The translations under genes were made by a program, and so were the position numbers. Source: an uncultured bacterium (GTDB lineage: Bacteria; Oederibacteriota; PGYV01; CAWJRG01). From it: DNA of 64,000 nt. Positions 1 to 10,049 of the stretch are shown piece by piece; the first letter of the stretch is position 1; the number at the start of each line of letters is the position of its first letter. Location of the stretch: NCBI GenBank assembly GCA_963845185.1, contig CAWJRG010000010.1, positions 192,001 to 256,000 of the forward strand, written 5' to 3'. The notes under the pieces were generated by a model. That model worked only from the letters and a program-made list of their open reading frames with translations, made no database searches and had not been told where the DNA came from.

Positions 1-771
1 ATAATTCCTGTTCATGAGTTTCAGCACTTTTTCATCCCCGCTCTGTAGCGAAAGGTGAAAATGCGGGCATATTTTTTCTTTATTAGCTGCGCTAAAATCT
101 ATTATTTCATCGTTCAATTCTTTCGTTCCTATAGAGCTCAAGCGTATACGCCCCATGCCCTTTATCGCAATAAGTTTTTTTAAAAGTCCGGCAAGTGCGT
201 TATTATCCGGCCTGCCGTATAAGCCAAGGTTTATGCCTGTTATTACGAGCTCCCTGTAACCTGCGGCAGCAAGGCTTTCAGCCTCTTTCAAAATCTCGCT
301 TTCGGGCCTTGATATAATTTTGCTTCCCCTCACAAGCGGCACCGTGCAGTAGGAGCAAAACCTGTCGCAACCGTCCTCGATTTTGATAAAAGCCTTGTTT
401 TTATCTCCGAATGCTTTTAAAACCACGCCTGCTTTTATGTCTTTTTTGCCCCTTAATTCTTCGGGATAAAATTCCGGGTCAAACTTTTTGTCGTTTGGTA
501 TGACAATATCCGCGAGCAGTTCCAGCCCGCCTATGTCCCTGCGCTGGGCCAAGCACCCTGTCAGGATGATTTTTTTGTTTTTTTGTTTTCTGATTTGCCT
601 TATTTTGCGGAGAATCTCGCTGTCTATTTTCCCGGTAACAGTGCAGGTGTTAAGAAGGTAAATATCCGCTTCCCCGCCCTTGTCGGTGCCTGGAAGCATC
701 TGCTTTATCCTTTCGGTTTCGTACTGGTTGACTTTGCACCCGTATGTTAAAAATTTAACCCTCGGGCACAT
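1..771 (-). CDS. mtaB: tRNA methylthiotransferase MtaB (MiaB-like radical SAM), 3' end outside window
   Basis: Manual translation from ATG at 771: MCPRVKFLTYGCKVNQYETE...LLNTCTVT...LTGCLAQ (UPF0004 N-domain) and AFIKIEDGCDRFCSYCTVPLVRG (CxxxCxxC). Not in the ORF track because it runs off the window edge. Confidence 0.85.
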   Translation of the reverse strand, partial: MCPRVKFLTYGCKVNQYETERIKQMLPGTDKGGEADIYLLNTCTVTGKIDSEILRKIRQIRKQKNKKIILTGCLAQRRDIGGLELLADIVIPNDKKFDPEFYPEELRGKKDIKAGVVLKAFGDKNKAFIKIEDGCDRFCSYCTVPLVRGSKIISRPESEILKEAESLAAAGYRELVITGINLGLYGRPDNNALAGLLKKLIAIKGMGRIRLSSIGTKELNDEIIDFSAANKEKICPHFHLSLQSGDEKVLKLMNRNY

Positions 772-1969
772 TTTTAAACTCTGAAACGTTTATATTTGTC
801 TCCTCGAGCTCGTTGCTGAGGTCAAAAACTTCACTGCTTATTTCCAGCCCTGTCCTGGCCAGGAAAAATTTCTTTATGTTTGCTTCAACCTGGTTTTTCT
901 TGTCTTTCTCAAGGATAAGAAGCACCGTTCCGTCTATGCCCATGTTAAGAAGCCTCGCCGCCTTTATGCCCTCGTTTTCCCAGACAATATCCATCAGGGT
1001 TTCGTTCTCTTCATCGACTATTTCCATCCTGTTTTTTAAATTTTTCTGAGAGTCGTTGATGATTTCTATGAATTTATTCACGTCACCCGCGCTGATTGCC
1101 TGCTTTGCCGCCTCCACTCTTTCGTTTTCGGAAATAAAATACGCGCATCTCTTCCTTTGCGAGATGGAAAGTTTGCTCCTGAATTCGTCGAATTCCTCCA
1201 TTGTCATTGCGTCGAGCGACTCGATATTTTTCCCGGTATTTTTTATTGTTAAAATGGCTTCTTTTACCTCGTCAAACGCCGCGTTAACCCTCTTCTCAAG
1301 GGATTTCTTTTTTACACCCGAGCTCATTATCATAAAAATCAGGCTGCCCGCCTCAAAATTTATATTTTCGCAGGCTGATTTTACGGCATCGCAAAAAACC
1401 AGGTTGTTCTTTTTGCCCAGTATCGCAGGCAGGTATTTTGCCGCATTTTTGCTTTTCTTCATGAATTTCACCTCGGCGTCCGAGCATATTTCCGCAGTCT
1501 CCGCGCCGGATGTTGTCCAGTCGCCGAATTTCTGCGCTATGCCCGCCATGCCGATTTCAAGCGCCTCCATGCTGTTTGCGTTGAATAAGTCCGGGATTTC
1601 GTCGTCGATATAAACATTCATGCCGCTCACTTTTTTGCCCGTGCCCTCCAGCATAAAAAGCGTGCTGCTCATGTAATTTGCCCACCCGTGCTCCTCCCTG
1701 AACTGCTGGTCGTTTAAAGTCATCCTTATTTTCTCGTCATAGCGCCTTGAGTAAAAAAAGATGGACCTGTCCCTTTCTTTCCTTTTCTGCGCCATGACAA
1801 GCGCGCTTTTGTTTAAATTGGCCGATATGCTTTTGCCCCTGTTGAATTCCGTGATATCGCCGAGCACCTGGACGCTTCCCGGCACACTGATGCTGATAAT
1901 ATTCTCTCCCTTGGGTTCAAACACCTGAAAAAAATTCTTTGCTTCATTGAACATGGCTTCTTTTAACAT
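755..1969 (-). CDS. Galactokinase-like GHMP-fold protein with degenerate active-site motifs
   Basis: GalK layout: VPGSVQVLGDITEFN ~ APGRVNLIGEHTDYN; WANY; FISENERV; SQKNLKNRMEI ~ SHxSLRDxYEV; ARLLNMGIDG ~ ARMTGAGFGG. The ATP-binding PxGxGLSSS motif is missing. Confidence 0.7.
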   Translation of the reverse strand: MLKEAMFNEAKNFFQVFEPKGENIISISVPGSVQVLGDITEFNRGKSISANLNKSALVMAQKRKERDRSIFFYSRRYDEKIRMTLNDQQFREEHGWANYMSSTLFMLEGTGKKVSGMNVYIDDEIPDLFNANSMEALEIGMAGIAQKFGDWTTSGAETAEICSDAEVKFMKKSKNAAKYLPAILGKKNNLVFCDAVKSACENINFEAGSLIFMIMSSGVKKKSLEKRVNAAFDEVKEAILTIKNTGKNIESLDAMTMEEFDEFRSKLSISQRKRCAYFISENERVEAAKQAISAGDVNKFIEIINDSQKNLKNRMEIVDEENETLMDIVWENEGIKAARLLNMGIDGTVLLILEKDKKNQVEANIKKFFLARTGLEISSEVFDLSNELEETNINVSEFKNVPEG

Positions 1970-1991
1970 TGTTTCTTCTCCTGGTCTATGC

Positions 1992-3762
1992 CTATTTGAT
2001 TACTTTTTGTTTTTTTATAAATTCCGAAAGCGGCTTGTCGTTGAGTGTTTCCCTTACTACTTCGTCGAGCGTTGTTATTCCTTCCTTCATTCTTTGAACC
2101 GCTGATTCCCTGATTGTTATCATGCCCTGGGCCCATGCAGCCCTTTTTAACTCGTTTAAATTCGCCTTGGAAAATATGATTTCCCTTATTTTCGTATTTA
2201 TCGGCAGGGTTTCATAAACAGCTATTCTTCCCTTATATCCCGTATAATTGCATACCGGGCATCCGGCTCCTTCATGGAAATCGCCGCCCTCCAGGATCTC
2301 AGGCGGTATGCCGGCCTTTTTTGCTTTTACATAATCAATTTCCTTTATTTTTTCTTTGCAGTTTTCGCATATCCTCCGTACAAGCCTCTGGGAACAGGAT
2401 ATTAATACCGACGACCCGACATAAATCGGGTCTATTTTCATGTCCACCAGCCTTGCTATTGTCGTGGGGGCGTCGTTTGTATGCAGCGTTGACAGCACGA
2501 GGTGTCCGGTAAGCGCTGCTTTGACCGCGATTGAAGCTGTTTCGTCGTCTCGGATTTCCCCGACAAGCATTATATCCGGGTCCTGCCTTAAAAAAGGACC
2601 TCAGGACGTTCGCGAAAGTAAGGCCTGCCTCGGGATTTACCTGTATCTGGATAATATGCGGCAGCCTGTACTCGACCGGGTCCTCCACTGTCAGTATGTT
2701 GTCATGTGGATCATTGATATGCGTAAGCGCCCCGTAAACCGAGGTCGTTTTTCCGCACGCGGTAGGGCCTGTAATAAGCACCATGCCGTAAGGATTGTTT
2801 AATGACTTTTCAAGGTCTTTCTGCTGGAATTCAAAAAGGCCCAGGTCCTTGAGTTCCAGGCTCTGCGCTTCCTGGTTTATGACTCGCATTACTATATTTT
2901 CTCCCCATATGGAAGGCACGACGGAAACGCGCAGGTCTATGGCTTTGCTGTTTGACAAAGTGAATTTCATCCTGCCGTCCTGGGGTTTTCTTTTTTCTAT
3001 TATATTCATGCCTCCCAGGAGTTTTATTCTTGACGTAAGGGCCCTCCTGAACTGTATCTTCGGAGGCGGCATTTCAACCAGGGCTCCGTCCACCCTGTAC
3101 CTTAAAACTATCTTTTTTTCATACGGGTTTATATGGATATCGGAAGCTCTCTTCCTTACTGCATCCTCGATGAGGTAATTTACATATTTAACGACAGGGC
3201 TGCCTTCGCCAGATATGTCGCCTTCCTCAGCTTCTTCCTCCCTTTCCTTTTTTTCCTCTATGATTTCAATATCAAAATTCTCGCCCTCAACGGATTTTAT
3301 GGTCTCATCGAGAGCCGATGATGTCGCGTAATATTTTTCTACTGCCGCCATGAGCGAGCTTTCGCTTGTGACGACAAAGCTGTATTCATAATCTTCCTTT
3401 AATACAATGTCGTATTTCAGGTTCATCTGCAGCGCCGGGTCGAGCGGGTTTGAAGTCGCAAAAATAATTTTGCCCGGTTTTTTCTCAATAGGCATTATCC
3501 TGTATTTCAGGGCTATGTCGCGCGTTATGACCTTTATGACATCTTCCTCAATATGCAGCATGTTTACGTCTATGAATTTTGTCCCGAACTGCATGGCCAG
3601 GAAATGGTACATGACGTCTTCGGTTATGAACCCGAGCCTTACCAGTATGGAGCCGAGCGACTCGCTTGTCTTTGCCTGCTCTCCAATGGCTTTGTCAAGC
3701 TGGTCTTCGGTTATCATTCCCTCTTCAAGCAGTATCTCTCCCAGTTTTTTGGCTTCAGCCAT
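1992..3762 (-). pseudogene. pilB: PilB/GspE-family ATPase copy 2, frameshifted at A6 run 2590-2595 (probably intact in vivo)
   Basis: ORF 2335-3762 has an MshEN-like N-terminus, Walker A GPTACGKT and TVEDPVEY. ORF 1992-2570 continues with [15 protein letters not shown] and two CxxC motifs. Removing one T restores LRSFLRQDPD. Confidence 0.85.
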
Positions 3763-3774
3763 TTGTTTTCTCCC

Positions 3775-5484
3775 TCAATCTTCTATTGAAGTTACTCGTA
3801 TTACTTCTTCTACCGTTGTTATGCCTGCTCTCCATTTTTCAAGCGCTACCTCCCTTAAAGTCCTCAATCCGTCCTTTTGCGCCTGCACCTTGATCGCGTT
3901 CAGGTCGGCTCTTGAGAATACAAGGTCTGCCATTTGGGGTGTCATCGGCATAATTTCATATATGGCTATCCTGCCTTTATACCCTGAGCCGTTGCAGGCA
4001 GGGCATCCTTCCCCGATATAAACTTCCAGGCCCTTCATCTGCTCGGGTGTCACAAGCAGTTTCTGCAAATCATCCTCCACGGGTGTATAAGGCTTCTTGC
4101 ATTTGGAGCAGATTTTCCTCAGCAGCCTCTGGGCTATTATGATTCTTACCGATGAGCCGACGTAAATAGGGTCAACGCCCATGTCAATCAGCCTCATAAT
4201 TGTCGAGGGCGCGTCGTTTGTGTGCAGGGTGGACAGCAGCAGGTGCCCGGTAAGGGCGGCGCTGATGGCTATGTCCGCAGTTTCTTTGTCCCTGATTTCT
4301 CCGACCATCATGATGTTCGGGTCCTGCCTCAAAAGTGACCTTAATGCCGTGGCAAAGTCAAATCCTATGTCATGATTAATCTGTATCTGTACTATTCCAG
4401 GCAGCTGGTACTCGACCGGGTCCTCAAGCGTCAGTATATTTCTCGAAACATCGTTGATGGTCGACAAAGCCGAATAAAGAGTAGTTGTTTTGCCGCTGCC
4501 GGTCGGCCCTGTATGCAGTATGAGCCCGTACGGCGACTGTATTGCTTCCCTGTATATTTCAAGCTCCTTCGGTTCAAAACCCAGCTTGCTTAAATCAAGC
4601 ATGAGGCCTTCCTGGTCAAGTATTCTCATTACGACATTTTCTCCGTATATGCTTGGAAGCACGGATACGCGCAAATCTATCACTTTGTTCTGCACTTTTA
4701 TTTTTATCCTGCCGTCCTGCGCCATCCTTTTTTCCATTATATCCATTCTCGACATGACTTTTATCCTGGACACAACAGCGTGCCTGTATTGCTTTGGCGG
4801 CGCCGGCTGGGTTTGCAGCACGCCGTCAATCCTGTACCTCACGACCATATTTTTGGGGAACGGGTTTAAATGTATATCGGATGCCCTCTTTTTTACCGCG
4901 TCCGATATCAAAGCGTTTGTTAATTTTATGACAGGGGCGTCGTTTTCCGTAAGCGCGGAACTTTCGTCAAATTCCATCTCCGCCCCTTCTTCCGTGCCTT
5001 TCGCTTCCTTGAAAATCTCCTTGGCGACATCGTCCATTTCGAGTTTCTGGGTTACGCCGTAATACATGCTTAAGGCGTTGCGCATCGCCGTTTCCGATGT
5101 TATGACGAATTTTATTTCCTTGTCTTTGGGCAGCAATGCCCTTTCTTTTAATTTTATCACAAGGTGCTCGTCCGGGTCCGACGTGGCGAAAATAATATGT
5201 GTTTTTGTCACCTGATAAGGCAGCACATTAAACTCTTCAGCCACTTCCCTTGTAATGAGGTTATGTACATCCTCGGGGATTTCCTTATCCGCTATGTCCA
5301 CATATTCGACGCCAAACTGTATGGCAAGGAAATAATAAAGCGCGTCTTCCGTAATAATGCCCATGCGGGTCATTATCCTGCCCAGCGGCTCTCCGGTTTT
5401 TTGCTGCTCCGTAATGGCTGTTTTAAGCTGTTCTTCTGTTACGAGGTTTTCCTCAATTAACAGGTCTCCAAGCCTTTTTGCCAT
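3775..5484 (-). CDS. pilB: PilB/GspE-family type IV pilus/T2SS assembly ATPase copy 1
   Basis: RLGDLL..LVTEEQL..A..EQ (MshEN-like), GPTGSGKT, EDPVE, LRQDPNIMMVGEIRD, STLHTN, CxxC...CxxC. Confidence 0.9.
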   Translation of the reverse strand: MAKRLGDLLIEENLVTEEQLKTAITEQQKTGEPLGRIMTRMGIITEDALYYFLAIQFGVEYVDIADKEIPEDVHNLITREVAEEFNVLPYQVTKTHIIFATSDPDEHLVIKLKERALLPKDKEIKFVITSETAMRNALSMYYGVTQKLEMDDVAKEIFKEAKGTEEGAEMEFDESSALTENDAPVIKLTNALISDAVKKRASDIHLNPFPKNMVVRYRIDGVLQTQPAPPKQYRHAVVSRIKVMSRMDIMEKRMAQDGRIKIKVQNKVIDLRVSVLPSIYGENVVMRILDQEGLMLDLSKLGFEPKELEIYREAIQSPYGLILHTGPTGSGKTTTLYSALSTINDVSRNILTLEDPVEYQLPGIVQIQINHDIGFDFATALRSLLRQDPNIMMVGEIRDKETADIAISAALTGHLLLSTLHTNDAPSTIMRLIDMGVDPIYVGSSVRIIIAQRLLRKICSKCKKPYTPVEDDLQKLLVTPEQMKGLEVYIGEGCPACNGSGYKGRIAIYEIMPMTPQMADLVFSRADLNAIKVQAQKDGLRTLREVALEKWRAGITTVEEVIRVTSIED

Positions 5485-5549
5485 AAAATTTTCACCATAA
5501 ACTAAAATTTTTAACGGCTTTCAACCTTCAACTATCAACCGTCTTTTAA

Positions 5550-6656
5550 TCACTTTGCCTTATTCAATAAATCCTTTTCTGACGCGCCTAACTGCCTGTA
5601 TAAAAAACTTTTCCCCCTGCTGATATAAAAGCATATCTGGTTTTCCGGCCTGTCTCCGTTTGCATTAAAAGAAATATTCCCCGTAACGCCTTTATATTTT
5701 ATTTCGTGCATATATTTTATTATATCTTCCGGGTTTGTCTTGTTATCATTGAGGCTTTTAATTATGAGCATTGCCTCATCATAGGCAAACGGAACATGGC
5801 TGTCGTCAGACTTGTATTTTTCCTCGTATTTCTCCAGGAAACCCGCAATTTCCTTTTTATAGCCTGGTTTTACCGGCGATGTCGCTATGGCGCCTTCTGC
5901 CCCTTTTTTCGCGGATTTTATAAAAGCCCACTGGAAAATCTCGTCTATGCCAGAAAAAGTCGCTCCCACGTTTAAATCCTTTATCTGTTTTGCCATGTTT
6001 ATTGACTGCCCCAGCCCGCCTGCGAAATAAATCACTTCAACCCTCTGGTCCCTTAAATTTATGAGGATGTTCCTGAAATCCGTCCTGTCCCCGTCCACAT
6101 CCCTGTAATATATCACCCGGCGGCCGTTCTTTTTGACTGTTTCCCTGAACGCGTCTGCAAGGGACGCGTAATCTTCATCGCCCAGGGAATAGATAACCGC
6201 AAAGCTGCTTTTTTGCAGTATTGTTATAAGAAACCTTGCCAGCTCCTTTGCCTGGTCAATACCGGACGGGCAAATCCTGAAAGTATTTGTGTTTGCAGGC
6301 GCAGTGAAACCAAGGAACCTTGAATTTACCGATATAAGCGGTATATTTTTGATTTTTTCGATAATAGATTTGTGCGTTTTTTCGAAACATCCGCTTATGG
6401 CAATAAGGCCGGGTTTTGCGGATATTTCCTTTATTACAGCGTCATCGCCGTCATAATCGTTTACAAAAAAAGTCTTCAGCTCAAAATTCGCGTTTTTTGT
6501 GTTTTCTTCCTCAAAAGCAAGGTTAAGCGTGTTTAAAACAGCCTGCGAGACAGCGTTATCGGTGTTGCCTAAAACCCCGACAAAATATGAGTCTTTAGCC
6601 TGAACCAGAGCCGTAAAACAAACTATTATAATAAATGAAATCGCAATCCTGCGCAT
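5550..6656 (-). CDS. Periplasmic ligand-binding protein, LivJ/LivK (branched-chain amino acid) family
   Basis: Signal peptide MRRIAISFIIIV..AKD; FRICPS, DFRNIL, AYD, YKGVTGNISFNANGDR. Start moved to 6656 because the ORF-track start at 6719 lies inside the promoter. Confidence 0.8.
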   Translation of the reverse strand: MRRIAISFIIIVCFTALVQAKDSYFVGVLGNTDNAVSQAVLNTLNLAFEEENTKNANFELKTFFVNDYDGDDAVIKEISAKPGLIAISGCFEKTHKSIIEKIKNIPLISVNSRFLGFTAPANTNTFRICPSGIDQAKELARFLITILQKSSFAVIYSLGDEDYASLADAFRETVKKNGRRVIYYRDVDGDRTDFRNILINLRDQRVEVIYFAGGLGQSINMAKQIKDLNVGATFSGIDEIFQWAFIKSAKKGAEGAIATSPVKPGYKKEIAGFLEKYEEKYKSDDSHVPFAYDEAMLIIKSLNDNKTNPEDIIKYMHEIKYKGVTGNISFNANGDRPENQICFYISRGKSFLYRQLGASEKDLLNKAK

Positions 6657-6690
6657 TCTGCAATCTCCTGTTTTTCTGTAATTTAAGTTT

Positions 6691-6719
6691 ATTATACAGA
6701 AGCAGTTATTAAGTGTCAA
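6691..6719 (-). promoter_or_regulatory. sigma70 promoter of the LivK-like gene
   Basis: TTGACA-N17-TATAAT, perfect consensus. Confidence 0.75.
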
Positions 6720-6727
6720 GTGCTCGT

Positions 6728-7005
6728 GGAGCCCCCGCCTTAACAGGCGGGGTACATTAAAAAAATTCTCTGATATGCTCCCTCCCTTGATAGCGTTTAT
6801 TTTGTCAAGCCGAAGGCGGCAGTCAAATAGTCTTGTAGACTATTTGACGGGTAGTTTCCTTAAGTTATCATTCATATAAAAGCTACCCTAAATATTACGC
6901 TATCAGGTACCCGCTCTAGTCCGAGGTTTTATCCTAGGACAAGCGGTACCGAAGCGCTATCATATCCCACCTCTGCGAAGGTGGGGATTTTCACGTAGCG
7001 GGATT
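6728..7005. mobile_element. Non-autonomous hairpin element A (IS200/IS605-end-like) carrying nested elements B (6788-6950) and C (6821-6888)
   Basis: Ends GGAGCCCCCGCCTTaacAGGCGGGG...atatgctccctccc and gcgctatca..CCCACCT..AGGTGGGG..AGCGGGATT match the uninterrupted copy at 58617-58730. Confidence 0.7.
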
Positions 7006-7116
7006 AAATTTAAGGTTCCCCGGCCGGCCCGGACAAATAGTTTGCACTTTGATTTTTTTATGATTTATGCTATATTACTGCCTGATTTAAATCCCAATAA
7101 CGGAGGTTTCACTCAG

Positions 7117-8934
7117 ATGGACATAAGAAGCAAGGCAATAAGCGACCTTTCTGGCCGCAGCTATTATAACAGGAAACGTTTTGGCGTCATCGCCATCGTG
7201 GTACTGGTAGTAATAGTTCTGGCTTTTGTTTTCTATTTTTCCGGTAAAAATCTTAGGTATTTTTTACTTATAAACAGCGGCATCGGCAATTACGAAAAAG
7301 GAAACCTGACATACGCCATCTCCGACTTTAACAGCGCGCTCAACTTAAAGCCTTCCGGCGCCATCGCACTGGACGGCCTCGGGCTTGTGGCTGTAAAGCA
7401 AAACGACTTTGAGAAAGCTGCGAAATATTATACCGAGGCGCTTTCAGCCGGCTTAAAGCCAAACGCTGTCATAAACCACACCAAGTACGGCAATGTGTAC
7501 ATTGATTCCGGCCTGTACAAGAACGCGCAGGCTGAATTCAACCATGCCTTGGAATTAAACCAGATGGACTCCGAAGCTCTTTTCGGTCTTGGCTGCTGTT
7601 ACCACGCTTACTGCGACATAGACACTGCCATTTCCTACTACACCAAAGCCCTCACCTACAGCCCCAAAATGCAGAAAGCCCAGAAAAACCTTGCCGATGC
7701 CCAGGACGCCAAAAACAAGGGCGCGATTTATTATTTATTTGACGCAAACGGCAGCCCGCTTGCAAGGTATAACCTGATAGCAACCGGCAGCAAAAAAACC
7801 TACGTGCTCGGCCCGAAGGCCGCGCATATCACGGGTTTCGTTGCTTCGGACAGGAACCAGTCCGCGGGCATAGAAAAATATTTCGCCGATTATATTCCCG
7901 GCAACAGAATTTACCTTACCATTGACACCCGCGTGCAGGAAATAATATCAAAGGCTCTCGGCTGGTACAAGGGCAGCATAGTAATAATCAGGCCCCAGAC
8001 AGGCGAGATACTGGGCCTTTACAACCAGCCCACCTTTGACCCGAATACAGTCTCAAAAGACTGGTGGAAAATCGTCGGGAACAAAAACAACCCGTTTTTA
8101 AACAGGGCCATAGACAAGCTGTACGAGCCGGGTTCAATAGCCAAGCTTATGACCATGGCAGGCTTTATAGAATCCAATATTAATGAAACCGGGGTTTTCC
8201 CGGTCAAGTGCAGCGGCTCGACCGTCTTTAACGGCAAGCCTTTCTGGTGCTGGGCAAAGCACGGCAGGGTAAAAAGCATGGAACAGGCCATGGCAGAGTC
8301 ATGCAACATAGGCGCGGCTTTTATGGGTTTTGCCCTTGGCGCCCCGAGGCTGTCGGAATTCTGCAACAAATTCGGCTTTGGCTCAATTTTTGACCTCGGG
8401 ATAAACGACGCGACAAGGAACGTAAAAATATCAATACCCGTAAAGCAAAGCACGTCTCCGTCAAACGATACTACCAGGTACGATATAGCGATGCACGCTT
8501 GCGGCCTCGGCGACCAGTTCAGGATCACTCCCCTGCATTCCGCCATGCTTGCCGCAGCAGTAGCCAACGACGGCGTTATGATGAAGCCTTACCTGATAAA
8601 GGAAATAAGGAATATAAACGGCAAAATAATTTACAAGTCGACTCCCGAGGAATTAAAAAAGGCCATATCCGTAGTAACCGCAAAAAAAATAACCGCGCTT
8701 ATGGTAAACGACATAGAAAAAGGCATAGCCAAAAAAGCAAAAGTAAAGGGCTTGAGCATAGCGGGCAAGACAGGCACGTCGGGCAAGTCAAACGGCCTCA
8801 ATGCCTGGTTCATTGCTTTTGCGCCCGCGGACCTGCCGCAGTACGCAGTGGGGCTCGTGTGCGATTCCGAAGGCAAGGGCATGGTTGTGGCCGCGCCTGT
8901 CGCGGCAGCTATTTTTCAGGAGCTTTTGAAGTAA
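7117..8934 (+). CDS. TPR-repeat plus penicillin-binding transpeptidase fusion protein
   Basis: N-terminal TM helix, about 4 TPRs, then a class-B-like transpeptidase with SIAK (SxxK), SCN (SxN) and KTG. GGAGG RBS precedes ATG 7117. Confidence 0.8.
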   Translation: MDIRSKAISDLSGRSYYNRKRFGVIAIVVLVVIVLAFVFYFSGKNLRYFLLINSGIGNYEKGNLTYAISDFNSALNLKPSGAIALDGLGLVAVKQNDFEKAAKYYTEALSAGLKPNAVINHTKYGNVYIDSGLYKNAQAEFNHALELNQMDSEALFGLGCCYHAYCDIDTAISYYTKALTYSPKMQKAQKNLADAQDAKNKGAIYYLFDANGSPLARYNLIATGSKKTYVLGPKAAHITGFVASDRNQSAGIEKYFADYIPGNRIYLTIDTRVQEIISKALGWYKGSIVIIRPQTGEILGLYNQPTFDPNTVSKDWWKIVGNKNNPFLNRAIDKLYEPGSIAKLMTMAGFIESNINETGVFPVKCSGSTVFNGKPFWCWAKHGRVKSMEQAMAESCNIGAAFMGFALGAPRLSEFCNKFGFGSIFDLGINDATRNVKISIPVKQSTSPSNDTTRYDIAMHACGLGDQFRITPLHSAMLAAAVANDGVMMKPYLIKEIRNINGKIIYKSTPEELKKAISVVTAKKITALMVNDIEKGIAKKAKVKGLSIAGKTGTSGKSNGLNAWFIAFAPADLPQYAVGLVCDSEGKGMVVAAPVAAAIFQELLK

Positions 8935-8949
8935 CAAATAACCTAACCA

Positions 8950-9942
8950 CTATCTCGTATGGGCTGGCACTAAACCAATTTGATATATATCATATACCCC
9001 TACTCCCCACATTGAGCCATTGCCTATTACAATATCCGTTGATGATGAATTATTTATCTTACATATTTTATTTCCACTTGTAGTAAATATATCTGTATTA
9101 GGGGAATTAATACTTGAAGTATAAGATATATTACTTGTCCATATATAACTTCCATCCCAGGCAATTTCATTTGGATTTCCGTCAGTTGCCCATTTGGTAA
9201 TAAAAGCGCCGTCGGATAATTTATATTTGCTGACTTTTTTGCCAAAAAAATCAGCTTCATAAATATAGGCGCCGTCGCTTGCAACAGCATGATAATCTCC
9301 CGGGTCGGCACTGGCAAAACACGTGACCGCGCCTGTGTCTGCGTTTATTTCAATAAAATCAGTGGTTCTTGCGCCTAAAATGATTTTTTGTCCCTGATAT
9401 ATAGTGCAAGACAGTAGATTTACACTGGCTCCTACAGTAACAGTTAAAGCAATAGCTTCTGTTGTAGTGTTAAATTTATAAACATTGTTTTCTATGCTCA
9501 TGGCAGCAAGCCACAAATAATAACCATCCCATATAATATGATTAAATCCATGAAATGAATTAGGTGTATTTTTACGGAAATTAAAATGATAATTCGCTAC
9601 AACTTTACCTTTTGCTATGCTGAATTTCTGCAAAGTTCCCCATTGATCCGTATCGCCTATCCATACGTAAATTCCATCCGAAGCTACTGATTGAGCCGTT
9701 GCTGAAATATTATTATAAGTATTCAATAGAATCCCCTTTTTACTTATTTTGAACATAGTCGAATCATAATAGTTCGCAATCCAAAAATTATTCCCATCAT
9801 AACTTCCAAAATCTAATCCTTCAGCAGTTCCACTAACGTATGTATCTGAAATAATACTTGGACATATAGGTGTAGGAATTTGATGTCCTAATAATAAGCA
9901 ATTTTGAATTGCAACCGCAATAAGAAATATAAATTTCTTCAC
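8950..9942 (-). CDS. Secreted beta-propeller repeat protein (YncE/Vgb-like), AT-rich
   Basis: Repeats of (S/W)DGxYxW(I/L); signal-like VKKFIFLIAVAI from GTG 9942. The ORF-track N-terminal extension overlaps the neighbouring gene. Confidence 0.55.
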   Translation of the reverse strand: MKKFIFLIAVAIQNCLLLGHQIPTPICPSIISDTYVSGTAEGLDFGSYDGNNFWIANYYDSTMFKISKKGILLNTYNNISATAQSVASDGIYVWIGDTDQWGTLQKFSIAKGKVVANYHFNFRKNTPNSFHGFNHIIWDGYYLWLAAMSIENNVYKFNTTTEAIALTVTVGASVNLLSCTIYQGQKIILGARTTDFIEINADTGAVTCFASADPGDYHAVASDGAYIYEADFFGKKVSKYKLSDGAFITKWATDGNPNEIAWDGSYIWTSNISYTSSINSPNTDIFTTSGNKICKINNSSSTDIVIGNGSMWGVGVYDIYQIGLVPAHTR

Positions 9943-10049
9943 TTTCACCGCTTTTCCATGCCAAAGTTTATCCCCTCTCGTCTTTACCTTTATCTTCAAA
10001 CTTAGCAGAGGATGTTGTATATTAATATATATATAATTTATCGACATCC

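Noticed and set aside
2580..2600. Programmed ribosomal frameshift in pilB2
   Set aside because: The join requires a +1 shift, there is no in-frame -1 slippery heptamer, and it interrupts the conserved LRQDPD motif. An indel error is simpler.
6788..6950. Integron attC sites as the explanation for the bulged hairpins of element B
   Set aside because: No RYYYAAC/GTTRRRY core sites, no cassette array and no integrase.
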